Notes under the pieces: generated by a model
What the model saw: only the letters and a program-made list of their open reading frames with translations
Told to the model about the DNA's origin: nothing
Database searches by the model: none
Origin: Podarcis muralis
Taxonomy: Eukaryota
Reading direction: 5' to 3'
Assembly: GCF_964188315.1 (NCBI RefSeq)
Contig: NC_135666.1
Coordinates: forward strand, 37,200,001-37,264,000
Length of the DNA stretch: 64,000 bases
Shown here: positions 49,010-60,878 of the stretch, in pieces
Position numbering within the stretch: position 1 is the stretch's first letter
How the letters are laid out: each line of letters starts with the position of its first letter
Position numbers and translations under genes: made by a program

Positions 49010-49599
49010 AAGTTCATTGATAATACATTGGACATGAAGCAAAACTCAAAGCAATTATTATCTACAAAACCTTCATGGCATGCCTGGAAAACGTTCAGGA
49101 AAGGGCTCTTTTCCTTTCCAATGGATATAATTTAATTATATTTTGCAGAGGGCTGATACAGCAAGAGTTTGCATGCAAATATGCTTTCTCTCCTCTGTGT
49201 GTGTGTCTTTGCTCAGAATTGCTGTTTCTTCACTCACACATAGATGGAGGGGAGATCTGTCACAGGGCTAGGTGCCATATCATCCAAAACCAGTTTGAAG
49301 TCCATACAGTGATATCGGTTTCATAATTTTTGACCTGGCAATATGTCACAAATCATGATGTGTGTGCGTGCGCATGCGCTATCCAAAAATCACAATGCAG
49401 GGGGGAAAAACACAAAACCAGCAGGTGCCTCTCCATAGCTCCATTCTTATTTCAGACATTGAGATATATCAGTTTATCGTGATGTTTAGCTGTTGATATA
49501 TTGAGATGTTGAAAACCAGATATTGCCCAGCCCTAACTGTCACCTTCCAAACCCTGGAAGCCTCTCCCTTTCAAGAAATTCGAGAGACACCTTGAACTA

Positions 49600-49824
49600 C
49601 AGTGGTACCTTGGGTTACATATGCTTCAGGTTACATACGCTTCAGGTTACAGACTCCGCTAACCCAGAAATAGTGCTTCAGGTTAAGAACTTTGCTTCAG
49701 GATAAGAACAGAAATCGTGCTCTGGCGGCGCAGCAGCAGCAGGAGGCCCCATTAGCTAAAGTGGTGCTTCAGGTTAAGAACGGACCTCTGGAACGAATTA
49801 AGTACTTAACCCGAGGTACCACTG
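49600..49824 (+). mobile_element. Tigger/pogo-type MITE (225 bp), TA TSD
   Basis: TA-cagtggtacct...aggtaccactg-TA. Confidence 0.92.
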
Positions 49825-51138
49825 TATTTCCTAACTATTAGCTCCATTGACAAAACATCTACTAGTCAATCTGGACCATTAACAACAAAACGTATGGCCA
49901 GCCAGCAGCTATAACAATAATTACTTGTAAACAGAATTAAATGGTGCTGCTAACATTCTTGCAATGGCCTTTGAAAACAAATTTTGCAATCATACTGCCT
50001 TCCTAATAAGACTCACAGTGGAATCCTACTAAAGATTCATCTTCAAGCTGCAAGTAGTTCCAATTCAGCCGAGAATCATTAGAAATTCAAAAAGCAGTTA
50101 ACCATTTTCTGTAATAAAAAGTTCAGTAGATCTGGGTTCTTTTCTACCTCAAGGGAAACTCCGATGCTATAATTATGAATCAAATTTATTTTTCTGCCTC
50201 TGAATGTAGCCCTAAACATTTTTTAACAGGCAGTACTGTAAGGGCATTCTCCGAAACACCTGCTGCAGATAGAAGGGAAATGGACCTGTGCTGAAACAAG
50301 GGAATGTCTTTCACTTTTCACGGTAGCATCAGTCACTAGTTTGAGCCTTCTTAATTGCTTTTCTTCAGTCTTACTTGAACTCTGCTTATGTCACAAGGCA
50401 ACCTCAATGAGGAGGACAGATCTACAGGTCATGCCTAAATAACATGAGTTCTCTGCCATGTATGATTGTTAAAAAACAGATTTCCTTAACTTCACAATCT
50501 AAACTGTCTGCTCAGACAGTGCTTCTGCAATTAGTGCTACTGCAGTTGTTAAAAAACATCCTTGAGCTAAAGGATGTTTGCCAAGTGCCAGATTTGGTAT
50601 TTCCTGAACGAGACTTCTGCACAAGAGACACAAAGAGTGTTAGCATAGCAAACATCTCAGAAAAGGAACAGCTGGCCTTTAATATTAATTAATTTGATGT
50701 TTACACTGCACACACACAGATGCACGCACACACATTTCTGGAGGTGTCCCCTTCATCAAGTCTATGTCTAAATACACAACAGAACTCCTAGAAGACAACA
50801 CTCCTTTCCCATGTATGTTTAGTTTGCTGCGTATATCAGTCCACCGTGGGTATATAACTACAGTAAGCCTCTCGCACAGCTATAAGCAAAACTGCCCATT
50901 CTCAGAATTTTGTAGCAATTTAGAAGCAGAATGTATTGGTGTGCATACTAATGTCAGCTTTCGGGGTGGCCTTAATTTTGCAGCACACCTCATGGCATAT
51001 CTATGAAGAGTCTCTCTCTCCCTCAAACTTTTGTATAGCAACTAGTGTGTCTTGGTGTACAAGTAACTTCTAGGGCTTCAAGCAAAAACCATTTGGAGGC
51101 ACACTCCCCAATAATTTCAACAACATGTGTACCAAGTA

Positions 51139-51380
51139 CAGTGGTGCCTCGGGTTAAGTACTTAATTAGTTCCAGAGGTCCGTTCTTAACCTGAAACTGT
51201 TCTTAAGCTGAAGCACCACTTTAGCTAATGGGGCCTCCTGCTGCTGCCGCGCTGCCAGAGCACGATTTCTGTTCTCATCCTGAAGCAAAGTTCTTAACCC
51301 GAGGTACTATTTCTGGGTTAGCGGAGTCTGTAACCTGAAGCATATGTAACCTGAAGCGTATGTAACCCGAGGTACCACTG
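51139..51380 (-). mobile_element. Same MITE family (242 bp), inverted relative to 49600-49824
   Basis: Reverse complement of 49600-49824 with one extra 17-bp subrepeat. Confidence 0.92.
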
Positions 51381-51513
51381 TATGCTCAAAGCAGTGGGGT
51401 GGCAGTTCCTGGGCAGGCTGGCTATATTGCACTTGTGAAAACCACAGATAAAGCCAGCAAGAAAATGCTGGCAACAGGCTACAATGGAGGCAGGTGGCTC
51501 CTGGCTGCCATTA

Positions 51514-52432
51514 CAGTGGTGCCTCGCAAGACGAATGCCTCACAAAACGAAAAAGTTTTCCGTTTTTGAGTCGTTCCGCAAGACGAATTTCCCTATGGGC
51601 TTGCTTCGCAAGAAGAAAGCCCATAGGGAAATCTCCGGGGACCTCTTTTAAATGCTGGCGGTGGGGAGCAAAGCCTTTCGCCCCCCTCCGGCCTTCAGAA
51701 GAGGTCCAGGAAGGCCGGCGGGGGCCGAAAGGCTTTGCTCCCCACCGCCAGCATTTTAAAAGCGGTCCGGGATAGCAGGGAATTGCGCTGCGCTTTCCCG
51801 CTATCCCAGACTGCTTTTAAAATGCTGGCCGTCGGGAGCAAAGACTTTCGCCCACCGCCGGCCTTCAGAAGAGGTCCTGGACTTCTCCGCTGTCCCGGGG
51901 CAATCTTAAAATGCTGGCGGGCAGCAGCGAAGCCTTCGTTGCCGACCCCCAGCATTTTAAAAGCCCCCGGGACAGTGGAGACTTCGCTGCCGCCCGCCAG
52001 CATTTTAAAATCGCCCTGGGACAGCGGAGGCTTCGCTGCCACGCGCCAGCATTTTCAAATCGCTTCTCCGCTGTCCCGGGGAGACTTCTCCGCTGTCCCG
52101 GGGGCTTTTAAAATGCTGGCAGTTGGCAGCAAAGCCCTCCTGTCCCCGGAGCTTGCGGGGCGGGAGGTGGGGAGAAGGGCTTTTCTTGCCACCGCCAGCC
52201 TTTAGAACAGCCTTCTGAAGGCTGGCGGTGGGAAGAAAAGCCCCCCCCCCCAGCCTTCAGAAGAGGTCGGGGGACAGACTGTCCCCGGACCTGGTCTGAA
52301 GGCGGTTTCCATAGGAACACATTGATTGATTTTCAATGCATTCCTATGGGAAACCGTGCTTCGCAAGACGAAAAACTCGCAAGAAGAAAAAACTTGCGGA
52401 ACGAATTAATTTCGTCTTGCGAGGCACCACTG
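51514..52432. mobile_element. 919-bp GC/CpG-rich Tigger/pogo-type non-autonomous element with modular hairpins
   Basis: TIR cagtggtgcctcgcaagacgaa / ttcgtcttgcgaggcaccactg, TA TSD. Confidence 0.9.
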
Positions 52433-53212
52433 TATTAGTTATTAAGAAAGGAAATAGTGAGATGCAGGAGGAATTGCAAGAGACTGAAGTACTTGGAAGA
52501 GAACCAGGGAGCACTAGATGGCACAATGGGCACTGCTCACTTTGGTGGAAGTTGCCAGTGTGCACATGCCAACTCATAAATAAGAACTGCCTCCAGTTTT
52601 TTAACTACTGCAACCAGCCATCTTTCATCTGACTTCTCTGAAATTCAGAAAACATCTGCCCCTCACCCAAGAGATCTTCTCTACCAAATTTCACAATTAT
52701 AGGTCAAACCACTTTTGGAAGGGGTTATATAATAAACAGCAATTTTAACATGGAATGAAATACATCCTAAGTATAGAGGTGTTCCCACAATGCAAACTGT
52801 TCTGCCTTGCAAATTCAAGATTGTCATTAATTTCATCTGGAACTAAATTGAGACAAGAAGATGGTAAACAGGTATGAAACTTCAAAACCACTTACGGAGG
52901 GGAGGAGAGAAGAAGAAACAACAAAGGAAACTAAGTGGGGATAATGCTAAGGCATCTTGAAAACTGATCAAAGTTTGGGGGGGGGGGGAGGACCTATCTG
53001 AAATTCCAAAGGAAAGAACAGAAGAGATAAGACAACATATAGCAGATACAGTACATTCACGCCATCTGGAAACACAGAGACCATTATACAAAGGCCATGA
53101 ATGTTGCACGGGAATCCGGAATGCCTCAAAACAACAGGGCGACCCTAGAGGTCTGCAAACAGTCAACCGCATTGCACTGGTTTCTAAGATAAACCACAAA
53201 TTTTTACAATAC

Positions 53213-53296
53213 CTTTGTCACTTCCATAATAGTAGAAGACTGTTGGAGTCAGAGCACACCACCGCTTTTGCCACTCAAAGCCAAGAAAGCTGTGGT
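53213..53296 (-). CDS. SKAP2: SKAP2 coding exon (exon 6 equivalent), 84 bp: [28 protein letters not shown](D)
   Basis: Near-identical to recalled human [28 protein letters not shown]. Acceptor ttgcag, donor GTATTG, phase 1-1. Confidence 0.98.
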
Positions 53297-54196
53297 CTGC
53301 AATTAACACAATCTATATTAGATGGGCATTCTACACAAAATTCAGTAACACACTTCATATCTGTTTCCATTAAAGATTTTCTTTTTTTAAGGATGGAACT
53401 GACTTCTCAATTAAAAAGCAGAAATGTAATGTTGGAACAAAAAATTTTAAGCAGTGCAAATAAACAGTAATATAGGCTTTATTATTTCTACTGTATTTTT
53501 GTTAGTCAAAATAGGGGTATATAGGTAAGTATATGTGCTAGTATGATTTTTTTTGTGTTTGGTGGTGGGGGGGGGGGGAGAGGAGAGAGAGAGATTTTCT
53601 TAGGACTTTCCCCCTTTCCTTGAAGTATCAGTAGGTGGTTGAAGAATGGCAAAACTTTAGACAAGGAAAGACTAGCTATTTTTCAACTTCCAGCATAGTG
53701 AGTTAATAGTTCCAAGTACATCCCACCAAACTTTTCTTGAACTTTAAACACTGGCCCAGCTCAGTCTTGCTTTACAGCAATCTTGTATGACGGAGGGACT
53801 ACAATGCATCCCCTTCAGAAGTCTAAAATTTGAAGAGGCAGGTTATACAAATTTGTGCAACTTCATATCATTTCCAACTTAAATTTTGCTTCTGCAGCTT
53901 GTAAGGTCTTAAATCCATAAGGGTGGGGGGCTCTTTTCTTAAAATAATTACATCCAGCAGTGCAATCTGCAGAATTATGCTTGGTCCTCTCTGCACTTCA
54001 ATAGCAATACCTGCTGAATTTGGGAGTTAGTCTAGCTACAAAAGGGAATGTAATTCTTACAATATATAATTGTGTTTCTTCAAATTAATGGGTTCTGTCT
54101 TAAATGATATCATTCGCTTTAACTGTTGTCTAGAATAGATCACATGCCGTTTCAGACACAGATTTATAAAAACATTTAAAGATGTGCCTAGCATAG

Positions 54197-54328
54197 AGCA
54201 GGGGTGCCAACTTGAATAAAATATTGAAGGGACCCAGATAGGCCCTGCCCTGCATAATTGACAAGGCACACACACACACCATTTGAATGGCAATGCCCAT
54301 TCTTGGCCCCTAGGAGTTGGCTCCTATG
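54197..54328. mobile_element. Partial lacertid non-autonomous repeat (agcaggggtgccaac...gagttggctcctatg)
   Basis: Recognised terminal motifs; family unassigned. Confidence 0.45.
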
Positions 54329-54788
54329 GGGAAGAGCATAGGAATCTCTTAGGACTGGCTAAAATTCTCACTGTGACCTGGCACCCTGCCCCCGCCCTCA
54401 CTGTAAGACTTCACAGCCCATGCTGGTTCTTGAAAGTCATGAGCTGTGGGAAGAGGCAGAAGGAAAGAGAGGTTTTTTAACATTGTAACAGGACTGCGAT
54501 GATCCAAAATAGCACATTCAGTCCCATGTTGACTGCAGTGCTCCACATCTTCATGCTGTTCATCAAATTCCACCCATTTTTAAAGGTCTCTTTATAGCAC
54601 CCTCAAAAATAGCCACACACTTTTCAGGACTCTCCAAAGAAAGCCACTCATCTCATGGTTTTAGTCTTCTGAATACTTCTTGCTATTCCACTAGCTAAGA
54701 GTTCTTCCCACCTGTGCTACCAGTGACAGCAGTTGCAATGGGGAGCGGGAGAGAGAAGCCATAATTTAACTTTTCCAAAGCTGCTTAC

Positions 54789-54866
54789 CTTTTCTGCGTT
54801 TTTCCAGGTACCCGGATTTTAAAACACACTGAAGGTCTTGTGCCGCAACTGGAAGGAACTGATTCC
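54789..54866 (-). CDS. SKAP2: SKAP2 coding exon (human exon 5 equivalent), 78 bp, start of PH domain: (G)NQFLPVAAQDLQCVLKSGYLEKRRK(D)
   Basis: Minus-strand translation matches recalled human GAQFPPIAAQDLPFVLKAGYLEKRRKD. Acceptor ttttttcag, donor GTAAGC, phase 1-1. Confidence 0.96.
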
Positions 54867-56251
54867 CTGAAAAAAAGAGAAAAAGTAGTGGGTAGTATTT
54901 TTTAAAAGCATTGGCAAATCGTTATCAAACAGGGGGAAATATAACCACTAGTTATTAGTGAATGTTCAGTATATTTGTAGACATGGATCAGTCCCACTTT
55001 TAAGCCAAGATGGTGAGGCTTATAAGTGTGAAATTGTTGTATTCTATTCCCTCTTCCAGGCAGCCCTCCTTCTGTGGCTTGGGAGTAATTTCCTGTGTTT
55101 TAGGAGGAGAGACACTTGGTTAGGAGCACTCAAGCACTTTCCTCAAGCAGCAGTGCTATTGTGGGAGACAGCATTCATAACACCAGTTCCAAAAATAGCC
55201 TAGAACAGATACTAGTTACTACACAGATTGGTGAAGTAAAGAGTGCATCTGAGCATACCTGTCTTTTACTATAACCCAGGTCCACAAATACAAAATTAAA
55301 CACATCCCCAAGTCTTATCAACAACTGGGGTGAATCCTATACTGATGTTTAATTTTAGAGACAGCTGGCATTTTTCTTGCTACAGAAAAAATACGTAAAA
55401 CATCCTTTCATAGAGTGTTTTCACTCGGCATTATTTTAGAAAAAAAAATTTTTTTAAAGGAATGAAAGAAATTAGCTTATGAATAGCACCAAATTAGGGA
55501 AGATTTAAGCAATCAATTAATTGACACCAATTTTTTCCCCATCGTGACAGCTCTAAATAATAGTCCTTTGAAGATTTGTTACATCAGTAACGTTAATTAC
55601 ACCTTAAGATTTAAGATAACATACACTATGAATTATTCTTGACATCTTTTATTAGTACTTAAAATCATCTTTCCTATACCAGGCATTGATGGACACCTGC
55701 CAGTTGTCAATTTATACCGCTAGGGTGCTCCAGTAGTCAGCAGAATTGAGACAGAACTCTTGAAAGCACACATTTCCCCTCATTATTTTTTTAAAGCTTT
55801 ACCATTTTACCATTGGTTGCCTCTTTGCTACACTTCAACAAATAGTGCAAATAATTAAACAGTAATTAATTTTCTCCCTTTAGTTCCCATATGCTCCTTT
55901 TTCTACATCGCAGTAGTTAAGAGAGGCATTGCATGGATTTTAAAGGATCAGATGGAGTGCAACTGCAAAGCAGGCAATTACCCAACTGTCAGCAAATTAC
56001 AATGATCACCAAGAGCTCTTGGCATCCAGATCCAGGTTGGCATTGGGCAACATGAATAATCATTTCCCAGCATGACACTCTAGGCAATCATGTCATTCAC
56101 AGCATTGTCTGCATGCTTTTGGGTTACTGGAGAGAAGTTTCATCATCAACATGGAAAAGACTGGGGAGTCTCTGGTTATGTCATCTGGCAAAGAGAGCAA
56201 GGACTTCTTTGCAAAATCTGCTTAAATCAAACCTCATGGCTTCTTGTTTCC

Positions 56252-56334
56252 AATAATAATAATAATAATAATAATTTATTATTTATACCCCGCCCATCTG
56301 GCTGGGCCTCCCCAGCCACTCTGGGCGGCTTCCA
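56252..56334 (-). mobile_element. L2 3' tip with (AAT)n tail
   Basis: ataccccgcccatctggctggg..cccagccactctgggcggcttcca. Confidence 0.85.
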
Positions 56335-57123
56335 TAAAAACCAAGGCATTGTAGCAGTGCTGCTATAGCAGGCTAGCCATATATTCAAGCTGGTACTGCC
56401 ATAATACATTACCTTTCATATCTTCTTTCCTTAACGCCCCTACTCCAATGAAAAAGTGCAATATTTTCCCCCTTCTGCTATGAGGGACAAGTTGAATAAC
56501 TTCCCACAGTTATGAACCATCAACACCTTGTTGCTTAATACTGCCAATAACAGCAAAGTTTCATTTGTGTATTGGTAATGCACTATTTATTTTGACAGGG
56601 TTCCACAAGTGGCTAAGCTTTTCCTAGTGGCCACGCACATAAGTAGTCAAATGACCAGTTGCATTTTTATTTATTTTTTGTGCTAGCCAAAGGCCACTGC
56701 AACATCCAAAGAAGGAAGGGGGGGCGGAACAGCAGTCGCTACATTTGCAGTAAAACCATGATCAAATCCACCAAAATTTCTTGTTACCCAGAATAAGAAG
56801 TAATTCTCAAATTAAATGTGCAAATTAGATCTCAGAGCCTCTTTTGCAACTGACCGCTAGTCCATCCAGTTCTTTCCTCCTAATCTTCCTAGCTGCCAGG
56901 GCATAGAGAGCCACCTTATAAGTCACAGAGAGATCAGTATCACTCAGCAGCCATTTCACCCTGCAAATGAGGACGGTAAATTTCTCCTTCATCCCTACCC
57001 GTCAGGTAGCAAAAACTGACTGGTCTGAGATTACTTTCATCAGCATATGACTCCTCCTGCTCTTTTAAAGGCTGGCCGTGGGCTCTCTCCTTGTTTAAAC
57101 GAGGATCAAATGAAAGCAAAGTA

Positions 57124-57382
57124 CCGTATTTTTCACTCTATAAGACGCACCAGACCACAAGACGCACCTAATTTTTGGAGGAGGAAAACAAGGAAAAAAA
57201 TATTCTGAATCTCAGAAGCCAGAACAGCAAGAGGGATCGCTGCGCAGTGAATGCAGCCGTCCCTCTTGCTGTTCTGGCTTCTGGGATAGCTGCGCAGCCT
57301 GTATTCACTCCATAAGACGCACACACATTTCCCCTTACTTTTTAGGAGGGGAAAAGTGAGTCTTATAGAGCAAAAAATACGG
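57124..57382. mobile_element. Tc2/pogo-type MITE, second copy
   Basis: TA-ccgtatttttc...gcaaaaaatacgg-TA. Confidence 0.9.
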
Positions 57383-57467
57383 TAAGTCTTCCTTCATCAA
57401 ATGTACTGTAAAGAAAGGGAAAAAGCAAGGTTTGTGTTTTTCCCGTTTCCCATTTGCAACTTTTGTG

Positions 57468-58178
57468 ACATACCTCGGGATGCAAACGGGATCCGTTCCG
57501 GAGCCCCATTCGCATCCCAAAGCAAACGTAGAATCATAGAATCATAGAATCATAGAATTGGAAGAGACCACAAGGGCCATCGAGTCCAACCCCCTGCCAA
57601 GCAGGAAACACCATCAGAGCACTCCTGACATATGGTTGTCAAGCCTCTGCTTAAAGACCTCCAAAGAAGGAGACTCCACCACACTCCTTGGCAGCAAATT
57701 CCACTGTCGAACAGCTCTTACTGTCAGGAAGTTCTTCCTAATGTTTAGGTGGAATCTTCTTTCTTGTAGTTTGGATCCATTGCTCCGTGTCCGCTTCTCT
57801 GGAGCAGCAGAAAACAGCCTTTCTCCCTCCTCTATGTGACATCCTTTTATATATTTGTACATGGTTATCATATCACCACTTAACCTCCTCTTCTCCAGGC
57901 TAAACATGCCCAGCTCCCTTAGCCGTTCCTCATAAGGCATCGTTTCCAGGCCTTTGACCATTTTGGTTGCCCTCCTCTGGACACGTTCGAGTTTGTCAGT
58001 GTCCTTCTTGAACTGTGGTGCCCAGAACTGGACACAGTACTCCAGGTGAGGTCTGACGTAACCCGCGTCTGCACGTGCTGCGTTTCGGCGCTTCCGCGCA
58101 TGCGCATAACATCATTTTGAGCGTCTGCGCAACCCTAAAATATTCATCCCGAAGCGTATTTATCCCGAGGTATAACTG
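57468..58178. mobile_element. Tigger-like MITE split by a CR1 insertion
   Basis: Termini atacctcgggat (left, eroded) and atcccgaggtataactg-TA (right). Confidence 0.7.
57531..58055 (-). mobile_element. Young CR1 3' fragment with (ATTCTATG)n tail
   Basis: 115-aa [27 protein letters not shown]...RTRSNG.KL...[22 protein letters not shown]; flanked by acgta on both sides. Confidence 0.95.
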
Positions 58179-58184
58179 TACTAC

Positions 58185-58420
58185 AATACTTTCTGAAGGC
58201 TTAGGGCAGGTCACAGCATAAACATACAAAATACATAATAAAAACAAGAACAGAAGAAGTCAATAACCCCCCCCCTCCGATGACGCATTTAAAAGGACAT
58301 AGAATATTAATCAGCCAAAGACCTGGTTGAAGATTTTTATTTTATTTTTTTGCCTGACGCCTAAAGATGTTTAATGAAGGGCCCAGGCGAGCCTCCCTGG
58401 GGAGAGCATTCCACACACAG
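58185..58420 (-). mobile_element. Older L2-like 3' fragment
   Basis: ...aaagacctggttgaag...cgcctaaaga...gcctccctggggagagcattccaca pattern. Confidence 0.45.
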
Positions 58421-59409
58421 AGCTATTAAAACACGTGATGTCCGATGGCTAAATCTTATAGGAGTCCATTTTCCCCTTCTTAAATAATCATATCCTTTGT
58501 AAAGCAAATATATACTCATTTGCCATGCTACTTTAAAATGGTTGATTCTGGGGCGAAAGTGCATGGCAGTGTTTTATCTGGACTGTGTAGCCCATATGCC
58601 AACTTTAGTTGAAAATAAATATGACACCTCTAAGATCAAAAGGGGGACTTGTAGCAGCTGACAATCTTAAATCTAGCATGGCTAGAGGATGAAAAAATAA
58701 TATGTCTGTAAGCTCCTATAATACCCACGACAAACTCATTAATATGAACGATGTTTGCTTCACAAGGCACACTATACACAGCACAAGGGATGCCGTCTTC
58801 ATTTTGAGAAGCAAATCAGTAATCAATATTTGTAGAAGCAAGCTAATCCTTTGTAAAATCACTGGTTTAGTGATTGAAGAGTTTGCTCCATCTACACAGT
58901 TAATCCCTCTTCATCTGTTTGAGCCCTCTATTTATTTCAGCCACTTACAATGGTAGCTGTGTCAGATTAATACATCTCCACATGCTAAACATGCCTTGAC
59001 AACTGACAAAAGCTTACTACTGTCAGGATAATCTCTACAAACACGGGGATTTTTCTTAGCGAGCCAGAAGGCAACATCCAGAAATCAAATGTTTGCAAAG
59101 GGTCTTAACTTCAAGTGACATGGCCTGCTCCCACATCACCAGTTACAGTAACCACCTTACCACTGAATCTTTTTCTAGCCCTCGTGGACATTTTTTCTTT
59201 AAACTGGAAAGATGTGAAACTGCTTAAGTCATAGGAAGATTTTTTATTTTTTTACCAAAGCAAATACTTCATATAAGAGATGGGCCTCCAGATGAACTCT
59301 CATCAATCCCAACCTCTCCAGCCAATCCACTTGGAGGTAATGGGAGTTATCTGGAGGGCAACACATAGATGACTGGTTTACGGCATGTAAAAAACTTTCT
59401 AACTATGTA

Positions 59410-59472
59410 TGTCAGGGGGTTGGACTAGATGACCCTTGGGATCCCTTCCAACTTGGCAATTCTATGATTCTA
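59410..59472 (+). mobile_element. CR1 3' tip
   Basis: gggggttggactagatgacccttgggatcccttccaac...attctatgattctat. Confidence 0.8.
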
Positions 59473-59825
59473 TTGAGGGACAACCTTAAAAAGAACAGAA
59501 CAACCACCAAAACTAAACTAAAACCCTGCAAGTTTGCCACCAACAGAATTCATGCAAACGATGCCTGCAACATTTGACCTACTTCTTTTCCTTGAGAAAC
59601 CTGGCATGGCAAAAGTTATTTCAAGATAATGGCACTTGTTCTAGATTAAAGATCGCCCGGTAAAACAAAACAGCATAAACTCCTGAGCTGAGGATGGACC
59701 CTAAGGAGAGAGGCTGCAAACTGCCACAAAAAGGAAGCAAACCAAGAACTCCTGCAAAATAAAAATGCATTGCAAATTCATTCAAGAGTCGAAAACCATG
59801 TCAGATTAAAGCAAACACATTAGGT

Positions 59826-59962
59826 CAGTGTTTCTCAAACTTGGGTCCCCAACTGTCAGTGGACTACAACTCCCATCATCCCTTTCTAGCAGGACCGGTG
59901 GTCAAGGATGATGGGATAATGTAGGCCAACAACAGCTGGGGACCAAAGTTTGAGAAACACTG
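59826..59962. mobile_element. 137-bp palindromic hAT MITE
   Basis: TIR cagtgtttctcaaactt / aagtttgagaaacactg; TSD cattaggt/ctttaggt. Confidence 0.9.
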
Positions 59963-60747
59963 CTTTAGGTACTTGCAAAGCATGGGGATTGTATGTTAAG
60001 GCACCAAGGTGACGCGAACACATTCCACAGACATATTGTATAGCGCTTGCTTACAAATGAGCTTCCATGCTTGTACACTTTCCCTTGGTCCTCCAGCCCT
60101 AACCTTCCTGCTCTGCAGGTGTGGAGCATCTCATGTGGATGTCCATGGTTGGAAGAGTGGCCAGTCAGCACACCAACCCTCTGCTATCCTGATGTGCTTT
60201 CGTTTGGGCTACAGAGATCGGCATAGGTGAGATGAGCACACAAGACCGAGGGCAGGCAGCCATTGGGGCTCTCTACATCACGAAGTGACACACCAGCGAG
60301 TCTTAACCCTCCTCTGAAACCTAGAGTTCTTTTCCTCGGTTTTTGGAAAGAACTTCGTTGCATGATGTGAATGGGGTGGCGGGGAGTAAAAGCAAAGTTT
60401 ATCATCTTTACAGATCTATAAATATTGCTGTTGGGATGTGTGTGGTTTTTTTGTGGGCTTCTTTCTCCCCCCTCCACATTTTTACACAATTCTCTCTTCC
60501 AATTTCTGGCCATATTACAACCAGAAGCAGCTCACCCAGTGAGGCGAAGATGTACTCATAGCTCCTTGCAGCAGGAGCACCACTGCCACTTACTGGATTG
60601 GCTCCTCCAGTGAGCCCTTGCACACCCAACCTCACCACCTCATGAGACACTATGGGCTCTGCCCCAATGCCAGAACAGAAAAGTGGAGCAGAGCAACAAA
60701 GGAGAATTCTGAAATCCTGAGGTACCTCAGATTGCTAATTATCCTAA

Positions 60748-60878
60748 CAGGGATGGCTAATCTGTGGGTCTCACTATGTTACTGGCCTCCAACTCCCATC
60801 AGCCTCAGCCAGAGCAGTCAGTCAGACCTGTATTCCAACAACATCTGGGAGGACCACAGATTGGCCACCTCACCCCTG
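60748..60878. mobile_element. Degenerate palindromic hAT-type MITE
   Basis: ggatggctaatctgtgg / ccacagattggccacc; no TSD recovered. Confidence 0.5.

Noticed and set aside
51494-52320. ORFs of 66-156 aa with repeated FKMLA motifs; repeat-spacer look resembling a CRISPR array
   Set aside because: They lie within a TIR-bounded MITE; modules are irregularly spaced and in both orientations, and no cas genes are present.
55717-55730. CTCF-like CCGCTAGGGTGCTC
   Set aside because: T at a near-invariant G of the GGC core.
60425-60720. Possible ancient L2 ORF2 relic (LQPEAAHP...LQQEHH)
   Set aside because: Resemblance too weak to call without a profile search.
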